Below are positions 12,283 through 26,116 of a DNA stretch of 64,000 nt, in pieces. Positions within the stretch are counted from its first letter, which is position 1; the number at the start of each line of letters is the position of its first letter. The stretch is from Octopus sinensis (lineage: Eukaryota), in NCBI RefSeq assembly GCF_006345805.1, contig NC_043005.1:74400001-74464000 (forward strand), given 5' to 3'. A program made the translations under genes and the position numbers. The notes beneath the pieces were generated by a model. It was not told the origin of the DNA, did no database searches, and was given only the letters and a program-made list of their open reading frames with translations.

Positions 12283-12688
12283 TTTTACTCTTTTACTTGT
12301 TTCAGTCATTTGACTGCGGCCATGCTGGGGCACCGCCTTTAGTCGAGCAAATCGACCCCGGGACTTATTCTTTGTAAGCTCAGTACTTATTCTATCGGTC
12401 TCTTTTGCCGAACCGCTAAGATACGGGGACGTAAACACACCAGCATCGGTTGTCAAGCAATGCTAGGGGGACAAACACAGACACACAAACATATACACAC
12501 ACACATATATATATATACATATATACGACAGGCTTCTTTCAGTTTCCGTCTACCAAATCCACTCACAAGGCATTGGTCGGCCCGGGGCTATAGCAGAAGA
12601 CACTTGCCCAAGATGCCACGCAGTGGGACTGAACCCGGAACCATGTGGTTGGTTAGCAAGCTACTTACCACACAGCCACTCCTGCGCC
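12283..12688 (-). mobile_element. SINE family A copy
   Basis: Full structure, very close to the family consensus. Confidence 0.85.
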
Positions 12689-12889
12689 TATATTTATACA
12701 TATTTCATTTCTTGCGTATAGTTCACTTTTTAATACTAGTCTAACTCTTCTCTCCTGATTTTCGCTTTCACTTCCATGTTGTACTTTAACAGTCTCGTCT
12801 AATCCTAAGTATTTGCATTGGTGATTATGAACTACTTCTCTAATTTCAATGTCTGCATGGAATGATATTTTCAGTGCTGCTAAATTTGC

Positions 12890-12890
<1 letters not shown>

Positions 12891-12928
<38 letters not shown>

Positions 12929-12961
12929 TTATTATTGTTATTATTATTATTGTTGTTTTTA

Positions 12962-13003
<42 letters not shown>

Positions 13004-13026
13004 TATTATTATTATTATATTTATTA

Positions 13027-13066
<40 letters not shown>

Positions 13067-13076
13067 CATTAGCAGC

Positions 13077-13133
<57 letters not shown>

Positions 13134-13201
13134 GGTGGTGGTGGTGGTGGTATAATGATGATGGCATTGGTGCCGAAAGCAACGACGACGACGACGATGA
13201 C

Positions 13202-13245
<44 letters not shown>

Positions 13246-13285
13246 GGAGGAGGAGGAGGAGGACGACGACGACGACGACGACGAG
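12891..13285. repeat. Compound trinucleotide microsatellite (ATT)n-(AGT)n-(GGT)n...(GAT)n-(GAG)n-(GAC)n
   Basis: Directly visible. Confidence 0.95.
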
Positions 13286-13927
13286 CTGGCGGACGAGGAG
13301 GAAGTAGAGGAGAAGTGGGGAGGGGAAAGAAGTGAGGAAATTATCCAAATATAAAAATCTGAAAATAGAGGTAAATCAGAAAGTGGGGATTGGAAAGAGA
13401 AACAACCCCTATATTAATTGCTGTCTTGGGAATGAATAAAAGAAGGAAATAAAGGAAAAAAGAAAAACCATGCAGACAAATACATATTTCCCAAAACCTC
13501 AAGGGATACAAATGTGCACAGCATGCAGAAAATAGAACTACTTAGCACTGCATGCATTAGGTTTAAGTCGATGCAATTAGAACATGCAAAGTAATAACAC
13601 TGCATATATTCACGGCTCACAGAGCTCCGCCTAGTGGTGGTACAGTGAAAAGAATGCCTAATAATGAAAAAATAATAATAAAAAAAAACAACAACGGTAA
13701 TAATTATAATAACCCTTTCTAAATTTGGTGCAGGGCCTGAAATCTTTGGCGTCAGTGGGGTAGTCTGTTAATTCAATCCCAAAGCTTAGTTGGTACTTAT
13801 TTTATAGACTTCGAAAGAATGAAAGGCAAAGTCAAATTCGGCGAAATTTAAAGTCAGAACGATAAGACGAACGAAAGACTGCTAAGCATTTTGCCCGGCG
13901 CGATGTCAATTCTGCCAGCTCGTCGCC

Positions 13928-13959
<32 letters not shown>

Positions 13960-14485
13960 GGCTCTCGTGGTTTCTGATCTTAACTGATTGGAATTGTTAT
14001 CATGTACATAGTTTTGTCTTGGTATAAATGATGGCCTACAGCGAATATTCTGCTCAATACCACAGATTTGCTTGTCAGTTGTTTGACCTTAACCAGTTGA
14101 GCATGTCCTTTACTGGCTGACGATATGTGCATCTCTGATCACGAGCAGAAGTAGTGGGGGGGGGGCATCATAGCTTGAAAGAAATTCTTAGGGGTTTGAA
14201 TTATTTACCTTTGGAAACATATGTGGTTCGTTCAACACCCTTAAACAATCCTTATTCAGGGATCTTTTGAGCGGGATGGGCTACTCGACCAGAAGTAAAT
14301 TCTAATTAGGCCCCACCTGCAAGGTCATGCGCTGTTTATCTTGATATGAGATCACCATGTCGCGCACATATGGTTGTGATGCATGTGCCTGGTGTACCCT
14401 TATCAGGCGGGTAGTCATGATGGGTATATTGGGCTTCGTGTATTTTACCCCAGTGTCACTTTGATGGCATGCACTGCTCTCTCAC

Positions 14486-14486
<1 letters not shown>
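13960..14486 (+). mobile_element. ~555-bp TAA-targeted non-coding element, copy 2 (about 25 nt short at the 5' end)
   Basis: Reverse complement of 21409-21963; (AAT)n on both sides (13930-13958, 14488-14542). Confidence 0.85.
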
Positions 14487-14545
<59 letters not shown>

Positions 14546-15656
14546 TCTTTATGGCCACAAAGGGGAAGGTTGTGAGGACTTTGCAAGAACATTACAAATG
14601 CTACGAAAATATTGTTGGTTTTACAACATGGGGCATGCTGGACAAACATGAAAAATAACAGCATAGACAAAAACAATATAAAACATAACAGGAAGATGAA
14701 AATCTGAATCCAATCAGTGAACATCACAGATTCAAGGTTACCGTTACTGTCAAAAGCTAATTGCCTGTCTTAGCTGTCTTCTCCAGACAGCTGAGCGGAG
14801 CGCTTTTGCTTGGACTATACTTGCTACTCTCACCTACCTTTCTGCAAATCAACTGATCCACTCTTACTTTTCTTTTTAGTTGGTACTAGATTCAATGAAA
14901 AATAGAGTCTCTGTAGTCATATCTTTCCATATTGTCTACCATACAACCTATTTCATGATAGCCAAGGTACAGAAGAAATCTGCCTACTCGACTGGTAAAG
15001 AACTGTGAGCAACGGACTACATTCCAAAAAATGCTTTCAGAGGAAGTATCGCAGTGTTTTATTCTCCATCTAATTCACATTCTTTGCATTTATGATCTAC
15101 TGGTTTAAACTTGTAAATACTGACTTTCTTAAGCTCTTCGTTCTCTATAAAGGACAGGCCATCTACAAATTTTACACGCTATTCTCGACTATGGACTGTT
15201 TTATGACTGCGGGAAAACCTTCTTCTCCCAGTTTTTGTCGATTTTGAAACGCCATCGATGCTTCAGTATCTTTTTCCTTCTGTTTTTCTTTTTTCAAGTT
15301 AAGAATGCTGGCCCTTCACAAGCCCATTTTAACCTCTAGAAAGAGGCTCATATTAGTCTGGTATCTACCATTTGACTCATCCAGCATTTGATGAAGCTCT
15401 ATCTAGAGCATACACTCCTCTGGCATAACTCTCAGGGTGACTGACGCATATAATCTACTCTCCCTCTACAAGAACTGGATCTCGTGGCGGGAGCTTACAT
15501 ATATTTTATCTTATATACTTGCGGAAAAGCAATTTGAATAGGTTAATTATTGCATCGTGTCTAGCGTTGGGCAGTTTCTATATATAAAAAGTCGTATAGA
15601 CGGAGTGAAATTGTACTTTGAACTACATTTTATTTTGGAATAGCTTTTCCTCGATT

Positions 15657-15931
15657 TTAACAGTTATCGCGAAGTTAACATGGCAGTCCAGAAAAATAGG
15701 ACGAATGCTGCCGTTGATTAGCTCCAATAGGCCATCGCCTCTAGCTAGCTATGAGACACACAAGCCTGTGTCCATTATAACCTTCGAACAGGAGAGGTCA
15801 GCAGCAGGTTATAATGGACACAGGTTTGTGTGTTACATAGCTAACTAGAGGCGATGGCCTCTTGAAGCTAATCAACGGCAGCATTCGTCCTATTTTCTGG
15901 ACTGCCATATTAGCTTGGCGATAACCGTTAA
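15657..15931. repeat. Long foldback palindrome (about 125-bp arms, 22-nt loop), probable MITE
   Basis: 15657-15783 is the reverse complement of 15806-15931 with about 11 differences; both ends carry TTAA. Confidence 0.9.
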
Positions 15932-16645
15932 TATCCAGCACCGCTGCAGTAGTCTCCTTTAGAGTGAATTAGAAATAATGATATTTCTATTTTCCACGAT
16001 TATTTAACGTACTTCGCTTGGCATACCTTATAATGATACTAAGCTGTTATACTATAAACTGTATGGTTATTCTTTAATTGTTAAAGTGGCATAGAGAAAA
16101 GATTGTAAGCCAGAAAATCTGAATGTCCAGCAGATCGCTGTATCTATACAGTTATATTTTATCCTTGAAATTATTACTAATCAAAATATCTAATTTTTCT
16201 TGGGGAATGGGTAATATAAGAGAAGGGTTTTCCATATATACATATTGTGGCACAATCATCATCATAATAATCCTTTATAATCATCATTATGATATTCTTA
16301 ATGTTGTATGTCTCGTTTCTCTGTTTGTTTTTTTGCGTAGTTCGAAAAAAAAGTTCGTTTCTATGTTTTTGTTTTTATGTTTTCGTTTTTCATTGTTTTC
16401 AACGTTTTTTTTTATATCCTGTACCCATATATGCATTTATATATACATATATATGTAGGTATTTACATATATGTATGTATATATGCATATATTTATATAT
16501 TATTTATATTATATATATATATATGAGTGTGTGTGTGTTATGTGGTTATGCGTATTCATATATACATACACACATATAAACACATTCATATACACAAATA
16601 CACACACAAACATATATTTGTTTCTGTCCATATGTGTAAGATGTG

Positions 16646-16713
<68 letters not shown>

Positions 16714-18008
16714 GTGTGACCGATATTAAAGGTTAACTATTTATTCTTATGTAGTCGTGCATGCAACGTTTATTCCCGTTTATGTGCTATTCGGTCGACC
16801 AGTCCATTAATCCTTATTCTTTACTAGACCTTCAGCAAGCACTTCAGACATCCACAACACAAAATAAAATACTTGCCGCAGATTTCCTAGAAATTCTGAA
16901 ATGTCATTTAAACTATCTGGGTTATCAGAGAAATATGCCGAGCAATGAACATTTCCCATTCATTTCGAGACGATCGCTCAATGCTTCAGTTTCTTCCAAT
17001 GACCTGTGCTCAATGAATTGAGCAAATTGAATAATCTGCGTCAGAATTATGATTTACGTATAACTATTTAAAATCCGTTTGACAATAGAGAGAATGACAA
17101 CAAAATGGTTTTGCTGTCCTTTGTTGTATTTTTGGTTTGTTCTTTAGTTCCGTTTAAGTGTTGATATAAAATTCCACGCTGACAAATGGTGTGTAGATAC
17201 AGGAATGGAGGAGCTAAATATAGTTGATGACATGTCTCTTGGTTTTTGTTGTTGATTTTTTTTTTTATGCTGTTATATCTGTTATGTCTTATATTAAAGT
17301 CTTTAGAACGATTTACCATTAAGATAAACTGTACTTGAACAGATGTTGTGGTCGTAGAAAAACTATTAATACAATTAATAAAATCACCAAGGCAATAGAA
17401 ATGACGAACAGAGAGAGGGGAGAAGGAGAAAGTGTGAACCAGAAAAAAAGAGAGTGGGGAGAGCGTGGGAAGAAAGCAAGGGAAAAAGAGAGAGTGTGTA
17501 ACTACCAAATTTATTGCTTAGTTCAAATCCCATCAAAATTAACTTTACCTTTCTTATTATTCAGGTTTTTAAAAAGCACCAACACCAGATAGATACACTC
17601 GGTAACGAAATACTATCGTCTCTTTTCAGGCGCGCACACACACATACACACACAGACGGAAACATATTTGTGCTCGAGTTTACAAGCAGGGGTTATACAT
17701 GCTCGATTTATATGGTAGATTATGTTACTTTATTACTTTATTCAAATTTAAGATATCGCTCGTGCTTTTCAGAATGTTCCGTTCAGTTTTGCCCTATAAA
17801 AATATGAAACATTCGGCGTCGGAACAGAGTGTGTGTGTATATATATATATATATATACGCGCAGGAGTGGCTGTGTGGTAAAGTAGCTTGCTTACTAACC
17901 ACATGGTTCTGGGTTCAGTCCAAATGCGTGGCACCTTCTACTATAGCCTCGGGCTAACCAAAGCCTTATGAGTTGATTTGATAGACGGGAACTGAAAGAA
18001 GCCCGTCG

Positions 18009-18056
<48 letters not shown>

Positions 18057-18291
18057 CATATAGTGACTCTCAACTCGTAGACGAGCATAACTATCACTGA
18101 CAAATTATCTTAACCTAGATGTCATAGAGAATGGCTGTCAACAATGCCCGTGTGGAAATTTGAAGTCAATAACATCTTGCACGACATCGCTAAAACTCTC
18201 ATCAACAACGCCAAGTAGACCAGAAACAATCAAGTGCAAGTTGTCCGGCTACACAATGATGCGGGTATAAGTTCGCAATTTCCTTTTAGAG

Positions 18292-18549
18292 CAATGGTTA
18301 TCAAACGGGATCCATATGGCCCTTGGATAGGGGATGGGGATGTATAAGGCCTTGTTAAAATTTGTGTGCAATGTATTGTTTAAACATCTACAGTACACAA
18401 AAAATTTTAACAATTTTTATACATTTCTTAAAAATATTTAACTATAAAAATGTAATAGGATTTTTTTAAACATCGTATGGTTATGATGGTCCACCCAAAT
18501 GAAATAGGGATCAAGGGGTCCATAGATAAAAATTGGTTGTGAACCGTTG
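18292..18549. mobile_element. hAT-type MITE
   Basis: Termini CAATGGTTATCAAAC and GTTGTGAACCGTTG; degenerate 8-bp flanks TTTTAGAG and TTCTACAG; same family as 46996-47247. Confidence 0.6.
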
Positions 18550-19202
18550 TTCTACAGAGATGTCTAAAGAAAGACTAGACGTCTCTCACCCGCGGCTATG
18601 GGATAGCTATTGATTCTACCAAGTTTATACGTCCTTTGACAAGATTTGCTTTTTACCTTGCAGGGTGTCCACCAAACGCCACCCTTTTTACCAGACAGGG
18701 GTGGTAATGTTGTCGGTTTTGTCACCGACGGCCTGACCATGTCATATGTTGTACAGAGTTACATGTTACCAATAGCACTGTGTACACGTATATAAACGCA
18801 TATACATGCTTATTCACACACAAACGCATCGGATTAGATAGTTCTCTTTACAATTTACAGTTCTGGGTTACATCTATAACAGCAAATATAATCTGTTATA
18901 ATACTGAGCTGGACTCTGTCTTCGAGAAAATTTGGCAGATGAAAGCTATGAGGAAACTCATAGTATATGTGAATATGTGTTTGTTTCTCTATCCGTATTT
19001 ATGTGTATGTTCCTAGTGGTTAAACAGTGTCTGTTTGAAAGGAAACTTAGTCAAACAACTCATATAGATATATGGAATAAGTACCAGACTATAAAAGAAG
19101 GTATTTAGGTATCCATATGTGTCACCCTTGAACGGGTCACCCCTACAAGGTCGCATGTACTGCACTGAAACAAAAAAGAAAGAATATACTTCCACCTACA
19201 CC

Positions 19203-19300
<98 letters not shown>

Positions 19301-19323
19301 CACCCATCTCTCTCTCTCTCTCG

Positions 19324-19356
<33 letters not shown>

Positions 19357-20275
19357 ATATACTTATGTACATGCAGACACACATGTACATGCATTCATGC
19401 ATTGTATACATTATATGGTATGAAATTACATACATAGACATAAATACATGCATATTTATGTGTATGTGTGTACGTGTGTGTGTGTGTGCACGCACGTGTG
19501 TGTATGCATGTACTATAAGCATAACTTCGAAAGTGATTCTCTTGATATGATTCGTATGACTCATCCATTATGGATGTTTATGAAATAGGAAAAGGCAAGA
19601 AAGTGATGCTAATAGACCGAAATAAGATATATAAATACAGCAAATGATGTTATCTATACATTTGTATGATAAAAGCTCATATGCATATACTGAGTGCGTT
19701 TTTAGAGAAATGAAACAAATACAACAGCAACGTATATCGTGTTATAAGTATAATGTATAAATACAGTTGCACTCTATATACACATATATGTATAGTACAA
19801 CCCAATAGGCTACTGTTTCATAAAATAACGCAGACAAAATTATTCTAAATTATTGAAATCTGTCTCTTAGTTTGGACAAGTAAAAAAATAACACCACAGT
19901 TGCAACTATTATCAACTCGCAAAGATAATGGTTGATAATTTATAGAAAATAATCAATGATTTTACAGAAAATAAAATTTAAGTTGTTAAAGTGGAAACCT
20001 AATTTTTGTTAGTAGGGTTAGAAGAAGCTAATGGTTAGTACCATCCTGGTTTGAGCTCATTAGCGAGGAATGGTCTTTTCAAGTGAAGCCTACTTTGATA
20101 ATCGGACTTGGATTTTTACATCTAGGAAACGTATTACGAAGAATTTTGGCCAGTAGAATTTCTATAATTACTATCGTAAGATCGTAAGAGATATAAGTGG
20201 GTGAATAGAATGAATTAAAGATTTTAGGCACGTTGTATAGATATACGTGTGTGTGTCTCCATATATACATAGATG

Positions 20276-20428
<153 letters not shown>

Positions 20429-20589
20429 TATGCATACATACATACATATATATGTATATATAATATATATATATATATTTCAAGATTTCTTACCAATAGT
20501 GAAAGAGCCGGTTCCTTACCTAGATTCTAGGTTCCTTCATTGGAATGTCAAAAACAACAACAACAAGGTACTTTTTATGTGTGTATGTA

Positions 20590-21225
20590 TATAAATATAT
20601 ATAATTTAAAAATAGGATAAAATCTTTATAAGAAATTATCAAGCAGTTAGCGTGAAAAACCTCATAAGGGACGAATTATTCCCTTTAAATATATTTATTT
20701 ATATTAAGGGCATTACTATACATAAATGTCTTACTCTATGAGGGACTTTTAAAGTAAAAACTACCATAATAAACACATTTTGAACCGAACGCGAGGGAAT
20801 GCAACTCTCGAAGTGAGCCTTTTAAAAACAGATTCAGTTGCAGATCATATGATTTCATAATTAGTGCAAAAAATGCACTTTTTAATCGTCAGTGCAAGCA
20901 TAGTAAAGACATATAAAAATGAACAAAAAATCAACATACCAGACGAACACCAAAATGTATCCTGTACATTACATAGAATTGTTCACACTTATATATCTAT
21001 GTAAGTTGCATTGCCTCGCGTTCGGTACAAAATGTCTTTATTATTGTAGTTTTGACTTTAAGAGTCCCTCCTAGCGTAAGACATTTATGTATAGTAATGC
21101 CCTTTATATATATATATTATATAATATAAATTAGAAAAACTAATTTATATATATATATTATATTTTGTGAAAGTTGATTTAGTATTTCTAAATTGAATTT
21201 TTCCCTGTAAGCTTGGAATAATATT
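20590..21225. repeat. Composite repeat with internal ~100-bp inverted repeat (20706-20806 and 21004-21104)
   Basis: Arms are reverse complements; a related copy at 22070-22442 has the same upstream flank and arms at 22209-22285 and 22366-22442. Confidence 0.75.
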
Positions 21226-21231
21226 CCCTTA

Positions 21232-21279
<48 letters not shown>

Positions 21280-21314
21280 CATTGTTGTTGTTGTTATTAT
21301 TATTATTATTATTA

Positions 21315-21356
<42 letters not shown>

Positions 21357-21408
21357 CATTGTTGTTGTTATTATTATTATCATTACTACTACTACTATCA
21401 TTATTATT

Positions 21409-21961
21409 GAGTGAGAGAGCAGTTCATGCCATCAAAGTGACACTGGGGTAAAATATACGAAGACCAATATACCCATCATGACTACCCGTCTGATAAGAGT
21501 ACACCAGGCACATGCATCACAACCATATGTGCGCGACATGGTGATCTCATATCAAGATAAACAGCACATGACCTTGCAGGTGGGGCCCAGTTAGAAATTT
21601 ATTCAGGTTGAGTAGCCCATCCTGCTCAAAAGGTCCCTGAATAAGGGTTGTTTAAGGATGTTGAAAGAACCACCCATGTTTCCAGAGGTGAATTATTCAA
21701 ACCCCAAAGAATCCCTCTCAACACATGGCTATGATGCTCCCCGCTACTTCTGCTCGTAATCAGAGATGCACATATCGTCAGCCACTAAGGGACATGCTCA
21801 ACAGGTTAAGGTCAAACAACTGACAAGCAAATCTGTGGTATTGAGCAGAATATTTGCTGTAGCCCATCTTTTATACCAAGACAAAACAATGTACATGATA
21901 ACACTTCCAATCAGTTAAGATCAGAAGCCATGAAAGCCACTGCCTGGTACTGCATCAGGGC

Positions 21962-21963
<2 letters not shown>
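21409..21963 (-). mobile_element. ~555-bp TAA-targeted non-coding element, copy 3 (apparently complete)
   Basis: Sense strand reads (AAT)n-ATGCCCTGATGCAGTACCAGGCAG...GCTCTCTCACTC-(AAT)n; no long ORF and no tRNA A/B boxes. Confidence 0.85.
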
Positions 21964-22037
<74 letters not shown>

Positions 22038-22437
22038 TATATAATATATATATATATATAATATATATATATATAAATTTAAAAATAGGATAAAAATCTT
22101 AATAAGAAATCTTAATAAGAAATCTTAACAAGAAATTATCAAGTAGTTAGCGTGAAAAACCTCATAAGAGAGAAAAACTGCAAATTTTTTTCTTTGAAAA
22201 TATTTATTTATATTGTATAGAGGGCATTGTTACACATAAATGCCACACGCTAGGAGGGACTCTTAAAGTCATAAATACCAAATATAAACAAATTGCACCG
22301 AATGCAATTCTCAAAGCGAGTCATTTAAAAACACAATTTAGCTCCATATCACAGGTGATATGTTCATATTTGGTAGTTATGATTTTAAGAGTCCCTCCTA
22401 GCCTGTGGCATTTATGTGTAATAATTCTTTCTATACA

Positions 22438-22483
<46 letters not shown>

Positions 22484-22906
22484 CATACAGAAAGTTGTAT
22501 ATGTTGGATAAGCAAGTAAGAAATTATATTGGCGTGGCTGTGTGGTAACAAGTTTACTTTCCAATCACATGCTTCCGGGTTCAGTGCCCCTGTTACTTAG
22601 TCTCGGGCTGACTGAATGAAGCCTTGTGAATAGATTTGATATATGGAAACTAAAAGAAGCCCGTCGTATATAAGTTGCCTTTGCGTTTTGGCTTGACCCC
22701 TTTCCCCACCACCACAACTACCGTTTAGAACCGGTGTTGGTATGTTTACATCCCCGTAACGAAGCGTTTTCTCAAAAGTGACCGATAAAATACGTTTCAG
22801 TCTAAATAAAAATAAATACTGGGGTCGATTAGTTCGATTAAAATTCCTCACGGTGGCGCCCCAATAAGGCGGCAGTCTAATGAGTGAGACGATAAAACAA
22901 CACACA

Positions 22907-22956
<50 letters not shown>

Positions 22957-22958
22957 TG

Positions 22959-23119
22959 CGCAAGAGTGGCTGTGTGGTAAGTAGCTTGCTTATCAACCAC
23001 ATGGTTCCGGGTTCAGTCCCACTGCATGACACCTTGGGCAAGTGTCTTCTACTATAGCCTCAGGCCGACCAAGCCCATGTGAGTAGATTTGGTTGACGGA
23101 AACTGAAAGAAGCCTGTCG

Positions 23120-23150
<31 letters not shown>

Positions 23151-23400
23151 GTGTGTGTGTGTGTGTGGTGTGTGTGTGTGTGTGTGTGTTTATGTTTGTG
23201 TGTCAGTGTTTCTCCCACCACCGTCGCTTGACAGTCAGTGCTGGCGTGTTTACGCCTTCGTAACTTAGCAGTTCGGCATAAGTCACCGATAGAATAAGTA
23301 CTAGGCTTACAAAGAATATGTCCTGGGCACCATTTGTTCGACTAAAGAGGCTACTCCAGCATGGCCACAGTCAAATGACTGAAAGAAATATGAGAATATA
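22959..23400 (+). mobile_element. SINE family A copy
   Basis: Head GCAAGAGTGGCTGTGTGGTAAGTAGC, CORE-like box, (TA)/(TG) spacer, tail. Confidence 0.85.
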
Positions 23401-23518
23401 TGTGTGTGTGTGTGTGTGTATATATATACACACGCACACAAACATATTTACATGAATAAATAATCATTCCTGTTTTAGTTCCTTTGTTAACTTCATGTGT
23501 TATATAGCAACTTCATGC

Positions 23519-23578
<60 letters not shown>

Positions 23579-24063
23579 GTGTGTGTGGTGTTTGTGTGTG
23601 TTTGTGTGTCACATTCTGTTACTCTGCTATTCCCTTACTTGTATTAGCTATTTGACTGCGGCCAAGTTGGTGCAGCACCTTAAAAGATTTTTTTTTTAGT
23701 CAAAGAAATCGACCCTAGAAATTATCTTTGTAAACCTAGTACTATCGGTTTCTTTTGCCGAACCGCTATGTTAAGACGGGTACGCAAATACACCAACATC
23801 GGTTGGGGTCAAACACAAATACAGACAGAAAGACACACACAAATACGCACACACACAGACACACACATGCGCGCGCGCGCACATATATATATACGATGGG
23901 CTTCTTTCAGTTTCCGTTTACCAAACCCACTCATGAGGCTTTGGATCGGCTTGAGGTCATAATAGAATAGTAGAAGACACTCAGTCAAGGTGCCACGCAG
24001 TGGGACTGAACTCGGAACCATGTGGTTGGGAAGCAAGCTACTTATCACACAGCCACGTCTGCG

Positions 24064-24103
<40 letters not shown>

Positions 24104-24197
24104 TACGTACGTATGTTTAGAGATATACATACATACACATGCACGTGTAATAAATATATATATATAGGGAGAGAGAGACATACGTGTACATGTATAT

Positions 24198-24294
<97 letters not shown>

Positions 24295-24321
24295 GTGTGT
24301 GTGTGTTGTGTGTGTGTGTGT

Positions 24322-24362
<41 letters not shown>

Positions 24363-24521
24363 GTGTGTGTTTGACATCGCCTTATAATCCAAATGAAAGC
24401 TTTCACGTATGTTGAAATATGCTAATCGAAATATATATTTAGTTTATTGCTCAGCTTCTGATTAATCACATCGTTGAATTATTGTTATTACTTTTATTAT
24501 TATTATCATCATCATTATTAA

Positions 24522-24569
<48 letters not shown>

Positions 24570-24816
24570 TTATCTTTTACGTTTTACGCTATTGCTAAAG
24601 CACTGGCTTCCATCTTTCCGCCACCTCTCTCACAACGCTCTCTCTCTCTCCCTCTCTCTCTCCTCTCCCTCTCTCTCTCCTCTTGCCCTCTCTCTCTCCT
24701 CTTGCCTTCTCTCTCCTCTCGCCCTCTCTCTCTCCTCTCCCTCACTCCTCTCCCTCTCTCTCCTCTTGCCCTCTCTCTCCTCACCCTCTCTCTCCTCTTG
24801 CCCTCTCTCTCTCCTC

Positions 24817-24854
<38 letters not shown>

Positions 24855-25384
24855 CCCATATATATACGCTCGTCTGTAATGCTATAATATCACATTACGT
24901 CGTGGCTAAAATTCATGCTGACGGTGTTTTAATGTAAACATGCAGACACGTCACACCCTTCGTAGATTATTTCTGATGATAACCATCAACAATAACTGTT
25001 AGTAAACATTGGAGAAAGCTTTTTAGCTTTTTCAAGCCGACACGTGTATACACACGTCTCTACATACATACATACATATACATACACACACATACACGCA
25101 AACGCACATACATGCACACACACACACACACCACACACATATTTGCGCACACATACACACGTACACATACACGCACACACATACAAGCATACACACACAC
25201 ACACACATTTACGCACACATACACACGTACACATACACGCACACACATACACGCATACACACATACACACACATGTATGTATACATAGATTTGTCTACAT
25301 GTATAAATGAGTGTAGATTTTACACACACATCGCATACGTAGGCACACATGCACACGCAAATATGCCTCTCTGTCTCTCCCTGT

Positions 25385-25444
<60 letters not shown>

Positions 25445-26030
25445 ATGTGCATATTTACATGTATATATATATATATAAATGTGCATATTTACATGTATAT
25501 ATATATATATAATATATATATGTATGTATCCATATATATATATATATATATATGTAAACACACAAACACACACACATGCGCGCACACACACACACACACA
25601 TGTGCCGCGCACCACACACACACACACACACACACGCATATATATATATATATATAGGTTTGTGGAAATTTAAAGGAGTGCAGATTTTACATTCACCGCA
25701 TATGTGAGCACACACACGCACAACACCCTGCTTCTCTCTCTCTCTCACTCTCTCTCTTTCTCTCTCTCTGTCTCCCCTGTATAAACATACATTCATATAT
25801 ATACATGTTTATATAACCATGACTATGTGTGTGCGTTACGCAACATGGCGGCAGTGTAATATCTGCAATAAGCAAAAGATAAAGATAGATAGATAGAGAC
25901 AGATAGGTAGATAGATAAGATAGATAGATAGATAGATAGATAGATACATAGATAGATAGACAGACAGACAGACAGATAGATAGATGGAGAGATATATAGG
26001 TAGGTGGGTAGGTAGGTAGATAGGTAGATG

Positions 26031-26116
<86 letters not shown>

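Noticed and set aside
14900-15500. Possible decayed I-clade LINE RT (LYK...ILDYG)
   Set aside because: Only one weak motif amid many stops; too little to call.
21409-21963. snRNA/snoRNA-like words in the 555-bp element (TGATCACGA and GTAGTGGGGGA as in U1, TTTTGAGCGGG as in U12, hairpin followed by ACA)
   Set aside because: Only 9-12-nt matches recalled from memory, without colinear structure or convincing guide complementarity; expected by chance. An Rfam search would settle it.
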